From Bacteroidales bacterium UBA5219 (GTDB taxonomy: Bacteria > Bacteroidota > Bacteroidia > Bacteroidales > ML635J-15), in the NCBI GenBank assembly GCA_002412425.1, contig DHVB01000049.1:74401-138400 (forward strand): 64,000 nt of DNA. Reading direction: 5' to 3'. How positions within the stretch are numbered: position 1 is the first letter of the stretch; every line of letters starts with the position of its first letter. The notes beneath the pieces were generated by a model. The model saw nothing but the letters and a program-made list of their open reading frames with translations. It searched no databases and was not told the origin of the DNA. A program made the translations under genes and the position numbers. This document shows positions 59,572-64,000 of this stretch, piece by piece.

Positions 59572-62500
59572 TTATTTCATTACACTAATTTTCTTTGAAA
59601 ATTCTCCAAGTTTTATAATATAATTACCCTCACTTAAGTTTGAAACATCTATTTGTTCAATACCAAAACCACTTCGTATTGGTTGAGTTAAAATTAATTT
59701 ACCTTCAATATTAAATACTTCAATTTTAGTTACAGGTTTATCTTTTAATATTAAATATTCAATCCATATTTCTTTGCTTGCAGGATTAGGATAAATTTCA
59801 ACTAAATCGTTAATATCGAAATCTTCATGGTCAATTTTTTTAGGACTGTCAACTTTTAAAAACCTTTCTTCCATTGGATAAATAAACTCTGGATCAAACT
59901 CATCTAAGCCTGCAATTGTAAGCATTGTTTGTGCTTGAGCACAACACCTGTGATTTTTGTCATATGCTAAACGATTTACCAAATCTAACCTGCTCTCTAC
60001 TACACTACGATAATCCTCTTTAGTTTTGCAAGTATCAGTAATGATGATTAACTCTTGCAAGTTGGCAAAGTCGTTAAGCTCATTTTGTAACAATAAATTT
60101 TCTGAACTTGCCAAGTAAACAAGTTCGTTAATTTGAGTTTGAGCATCGTTATATTGTTTATCGTCAATCAAAATTGGAATTAAAATACATTTAGCCTGAT
60201 AATTATTTTCCGCACTAAGATATGAGATTAATGAGTCTTTTGCATATACTGAGCTATCGCTTTGTAGTCCATAACGTACATAATCATTAACTAATAAATC
60301 TTTCTGGAAAATAAGCTCATCAATTTCTTTTTGTTTGATAATTACAGGATTTGTACCTGTTTGATGAGAATAAATAGTGTTTTTATGCGGTGTGGGTAAA
60401 TTCATGTTTTCTAATTCAGCCAAAGCATTTTCGGGTAGTGGTGAATTGGCAAGCAAGACATTAGTTTTAGCAACAGTATGTCCATTAACACTTGTTTGCA
60501 TAAATGTTACAAGAACAGTATCTGAAAGATATGGTGACATGTTTAATAATTCGGCACAAGTTTTATTGAAATTATTAGGTCTAAGATTTTGTACTTTGTG
60601 CAAAACAGCAGGAGTATTGCCACCATCTACTAAATTGTTAAAGTTTTGTTTAAGACTAAGTATTTGATCTGCTTTTATTGCAATTACCATATCAGGATTG
60701 ATTAAATGAATACCTGGTAGCTTTGATTTACATGTATTATTATTGTATTCAGTAAGTAATGGATGGACAGAAATATTGGGTGAAGTAAAGCCACTAATAT
60801 CTGTATTATCCCCAGGTTGGTTACAATAATAAATATAGCTCAATGGCGATGAAGATGCTTTAAATGCTTTGTCTTCGCTAAGCATAGTTTTTGAGAAAAG
60901 GTTTGTAGCTGAAATTGAGTTTTCAGGTTGATCTGAGTTAAAATACCCTTGTTCCTTTTTTATTTTTCCTTTAGCAACATAAATATTTGCACCAAAATTA
61001 AATTTTGAATTATTAAACTTATTGCAATGTATAAACAATCCTGTTGAGCCATTTTGGTTGGCATTTGTATAGTAAGCATCAAGAGAAAAATAATTGTTAA
61101 AAAATGAGTTTCTGTAAATTTCATTAGCATTAGTTCCGGAATTATTTACAATAAGACCAATAGTCCAGTCATAAAATTTATTGTTTTCGACATGATATGC
61201 ATTACAATCTTGTAAATACAATCCAGCTTTTTCCATAAACTCGTAAGAGTCAAATGTATTTGAAGTTATGGTAAGAGCGTTAAAGTTTTTAAGGTAAGCA
61301 CCTATACGGTCATAATTTAGAAACTCGCAATTTCTAATTTTAATTGATTGTGCAGTTGTATTTTCTGCTTGAATTCCGTAATATAAACCATCAAAGATAG
61401 ATTTGTCTTGTTGTGTAAATGATGCATGTGGATTGCCAAAGAGATGGCGATTTTCGATTACATTAAAACTAGAGTTAGTTGCCCTTATCCCAATTCCTCG
61501 GTTATTGCCAGTTAAAATTTCTGGATTAGTGCTGTTAATGAATTTATTACCTTTTAGGGTTATTTTATCAACAGAAAAGAGTCTTATATGATTAGTTGGA
61601 GGAGTGATGAAATTATTGTTAGTTTCAAAAATATTCCTATTTATAATTGCTCTTGGTTTTAAATTTGGAAAAATACTCCATTCAAGAGATACTTCATCAT
61701 AATTAACTAAATCTAACCCAATCGGACAATTAATAAATTTACTGTCTGTAATATTGATTACTCCATTAAGGTTTGAAAAAATTGCGACATTGGCAAGTTC
61801 GATAATAGAATTGTTTTTTACAATCAGATGTCCAGGTCCAGGATCAGTTGATGTAGCACCGGTAATTATTCCTCTGTCACCCTCAACGACAATACCATAC
61901 CATAATCGATCGGGACAGACACTGGTAATTTTTGTATTATCTAAAGTTAATTTACTGCCTTGTTTTACTGTTATTGCAACGTCTTCAGTGTTTTCGAGGT
62001 TATGAAACTCATGAGTAAAACAAAATAAATTACAGTTAGTAAATGTCTTATCCTGATTAATAATAAGACTAGGATTGAATGTTGCTCCAATTATAAAACT
62101 TTGATCTTGGAAAGTATCTGATTGGTTAATATTTATGTTTGTTAAGTTTGCAACAGTCTGGTTGATGATGACAGCTTCATTATGGACACCATTCGCATCA
62201 GAAATAATGGCTTGAAAATACCCAGATGGATAGACAGTTCCAGGTATTGTTATTAAATACTCACCCGAATTATCAAAATTATAATTTCCAAGATGAGAAG
62301 CTTGATTAGTTCCTAAGTGCCAGATAGCAACATTGTATGGGGGTACACCAGAATGAATATTCATTAAAATATTGATTTGTGGTCCATTATTGCAATTTGA
62401 GGTAAAATAACTATAATTATCAATTACAGGTTTGTGTTCAGCTATTGTAAATGTATAAGAGTATTCACAGTCTCGATACGGATTTGGATCTGAAGGATCT

Positions 62501-64000
62501 GCTGAATGTACAACGACAGTATAGGTATCCGCTGGAAGCTCATTGTATATTCCTACTATATAAGGCAATTCTCCGCCAAGTGTTACATCAGTCCGAACTA
62601 TTTCATCGTCGCTGTTAAAAACTACGATATAAAGTTTGTATGGTTTACTACCTTGTTCTCCAGAATAAGACAGTGTTATATCAACATGACCTGTCGCAGT
62701 TTCTTCAGGATAACTAATATTTGAAATAGAAAAATTTAGATTGTTTTCTATATCTATAAATGTTGAACCATAATATAAACAGCCGTTTTGATCAGTAACT
62801 GTAAGAAAATAATCTCCATGCATTAAAGTGTTGCAATTATTCAACGTATTTGACTGATTATAAGATTGGTAATTATTTGGGCCTTCCCATTTGTAGTAAT
62901 AATTTCCTGCATTAACAGTTGTATGAAACTCAATCATATCTCCAACACAATATGGTCCATTATTTTCAACTGTCAAACTGGATATTTGTGGCACATGTAT
63001 TGTAAATTCTTCTGAAACAACATATTCTGATCCACCGATTTCTGTTGTTGCAATCACTATGTAATTGCCTGGGCTTAGATTTTCATAGACTTTAGGAAAT
63101 TCTGTGTACCATATTCCATTAAAACTCGTTAATGCATCTGACAAATTATTCTGGTTATATAAAGACACGTTACCATTGAATCCATAACATGATTCTGAGA
63201 TATAAGCTCTTACTGTAGTTGAGCAGGGATCCTCTCCGTCATGTAATACAATAATATCATAAGAGTCAATTTCGTGATCTAAAACTGTAACGGTAAGTTG
63301 TCCTTGAATATTACAATTGTTGGATCCAGCAACATAAGTTAACACATGTTCTCCTACTCCTGCGATTGTCGGATCGAAAATTTCTCCATTGATAATACCT
63401 GTTCCATACCATGTTCCACCTGAGGGTTCTGCATATAAATGTTGCTGACCACTATCCAGACAAAAAATATAATCGAATATATTATTGAAATTAATCTGAT
63501 CCTGAGTAGGTTGGATTAAATTTATTATTAACTTATCATAACTGGTGCATCCTGTGTTTTCATCTGTCATATACAATCTCATACAGGCATTAGGATGAGT
63601 ATAAGAATAATTAAATAAAACCGATGGTGTATTCCACGTTTGAAGTATAGGGGCTAAAATAGCATGCGATTCTCTTAATTGCCATTTATATGAATAATTA
63701 GAACCATAAGGCTCAGCTGCAACAAAAACTATATCACCATAACACGTAGCAATATCATCACCTGCTTCAGCCATGAAACCTGTCCATGACAAATTTGCAG
63801 ACGCAACTCCATCATAGCCTATACAACCATCCATGTCTTGAATTGATACGTATGCTGTTTTTGAATAAATAAGTGGACTCGCAATAACTATGCTTTGTTG
63901 ATTTGATGAACTTAAATTCCATTGGTAATTGAGCCCAGATGAAGCAAAAAGTGTTATGCTGTCTCTAGTACATGCAACTCCATCATTTTGCTCAAGCTCA
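59572..64000 (-). CDS. T9SS cargo, giant (>1475 aa, 5' end outside window): Ig/SprB-like repeats + right-handed parallel beta-helix + helical region + C-terminal sorting domain
   Basis: The frame stays open from 63834 to the window edge by hand translation. Cys-containing Ig-like modules (YYYKWEGPNNY...FLTVTDQNGC). Beta-helix-like repeats (NNSIIELANVAIFSNLNGVINITDSKFINCPIGL). CTD IYPNPASKEIWIEY...GNYIIKL. Confidence 0.6.
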   Translation of the reverse strand, partial: ELEQNDGVACTRDSITLFASSGLNYQWNLSSSNQQSIVIASPLIYSKTAYVSIQDMDGCIGYDGVASANLSWTGFMAEAGDDIATCYGDIVFVAAEPYGSNYSYKWQLRESHAILAPILQTWNTPSVLFNYSYTHPNACMRLYMTDENTGCTSYDKLIINLIQPTQDQINFNNIFDYIFCLDSGQQHLYAEPSGGTWYGTGIINGEIFDPTIAGVGEHVLTYVAGSNNCNIQGQLTVTVLDHEIDSYDIIVLHDGEDPCSTTVRAYISESCYGFNGNVSLYNQNNLSDALTSFNGIWYTEFPKVYENLSPGNYIVIATTEIGGSEYVVSEEFTIHVPQISSLTVENNGPYCVGDMIEFHTTVNAGNYYYKWEGPNNYQSYNQSNTLNNCNTLMHGDYFLTVTDQNGCLYYGSTFIDIENNLNFSISNISYPEETATGHVDITLSYSGEQGSKPYKLYIVVFNSDDEIVRTDVTLGGELPYIVGIYNELPADTYTVVVHSADPSDPNPYRDCEYSYTFTIAEHKPVIDNYSYFTSNCNNGPQINILMNIHSGVPPYNVAIWHLGTNQASHLGNYNFDNSGEYLITIPGTVYPSGYFQAIISDANGVHNEAVIINQTVANLTNININQSDTFQDQSFIIGATFNPSLIINQDKTFTNCNLFCFTHEFHNLENTEDVAITVKQGSKLTLDNTKITSVCPDRLWYGIVVEGDRGIITGATSTDPGPGHLIVKNNSIIELANVAIFSNLNGVINITDSKFINCPIGLDLVNYDEVSLEWSIFPNLKPRAIINRNIFETNNNFITPPTNHIRLFSVDKITLKGNKFINSTNPEILTGNNRGIGIRATNSSFNVIENRHLFGNPHASFTQQDKSIFDGLYYGIQAENTTAQSIKIRNCEFLNYDRIGAYLKNFNALTITSNTFDSYEFMEKAGLYLQDCNAYHVENNKFYDWTIGLIVNNSGTNANEIYRNSFFNNYFSLDAYYTNANQNGSTGLFIHCNKFNNSKFNFGANIYVAKGKIKKEQGYFNSDQPENSISATNLFSKTMLSEDKAFKASSSPLSYIYYCNQPGDNTDISGFTSPNISVHPLLTEYNNNTCKSKLPGIHLINPDMVIAIKADQILSLKQNFNNLVDGGNTPAVLHKVQNLRPNNFNKTCAELLNMSPYLSDTVLVTFMQTSVNGHTVAKTNVLLANSPLPENALAELENMNLPTPHKNTIYSHQTGTNPVIIKQKEIDELIFQKDLLVNDYVRYGLQSDSSVYAKDSLISYLSAENNYQAKCILIPILIDDKQYNDAQTQINELVYLASSENLLLQNELNDFANLQELIIITDTCKTKEDYRSVVESRLDLVNRLAYDKNHRCCAQAQTMLTIAGLDEFDPEFIYPMEERFLKVDSPKKIDHEDFDINDLVEIYPNPASKEIWIEYLILKDKPVTKIEVFNIEGKLILTQPIRSGFGIEQIDVSNLSEGNYIIKLGEFSKKISVMK

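Overview
AT-rich chromosomal segment, about 30% GC by eye. It most likely comes from a Bacteroidota bacterium. The evidence is seven proteins ending in Por-type T9SS C-terminal sorting domains, TAnnTTTG -7 promoter boxes, pyrG-yidC adjacency, and DUF349 and GWxTD proteins. I call 41 tightly packed protein genes and see no rRNA, tRNA, CRISPR array, transposase or integrase. Most genes are housekeeping: yidC, pyrG, trmD, adk, etfBA plus acyl-CoA dehydrogenase, trpS, folP, tmk, tpiA, prmA, rlmB, nadC, rlmH, yicC, gmk. Four things stand out. (1) At 44073-46229 (-) a secreted thioredoxin-fold/PKD/T9SS protein is interrupted by a single in-frame TGA exactly at the first Cys of its CxxC motif (U-S-G-C), with a small SECIS-like hairpin 17 nt downstream. 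This is either a candidate extracellular selenoprotein or a fresh nonsense mutation. (2) A mosaic family of intergenic elements built from doubled short words (GTTAAAA, GTCGAAA, AACTTTAYG, GCGAGCAA, GAATTAA) sits at gene 3' ends in at least 7 places. It supplies stop codons or C-terminal tails to four genes. (3) An accessory patch at 8.0-14.9 kb holds a higBA-like toxin-antitoxin cassette flanked by direct repeats, GC-rich hairpins, two methyltransferases and a YWTD propeller. (4) There are unusual fusions (a tandem adenylate kinase and a GT3 glycogen synthase fused to a GT35 phosphorylase) and a 9.6-kb run of four T9SS cargo genes at the right edge. All functional calls come from reading motifs in the supplied translations. 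No database search was possible.
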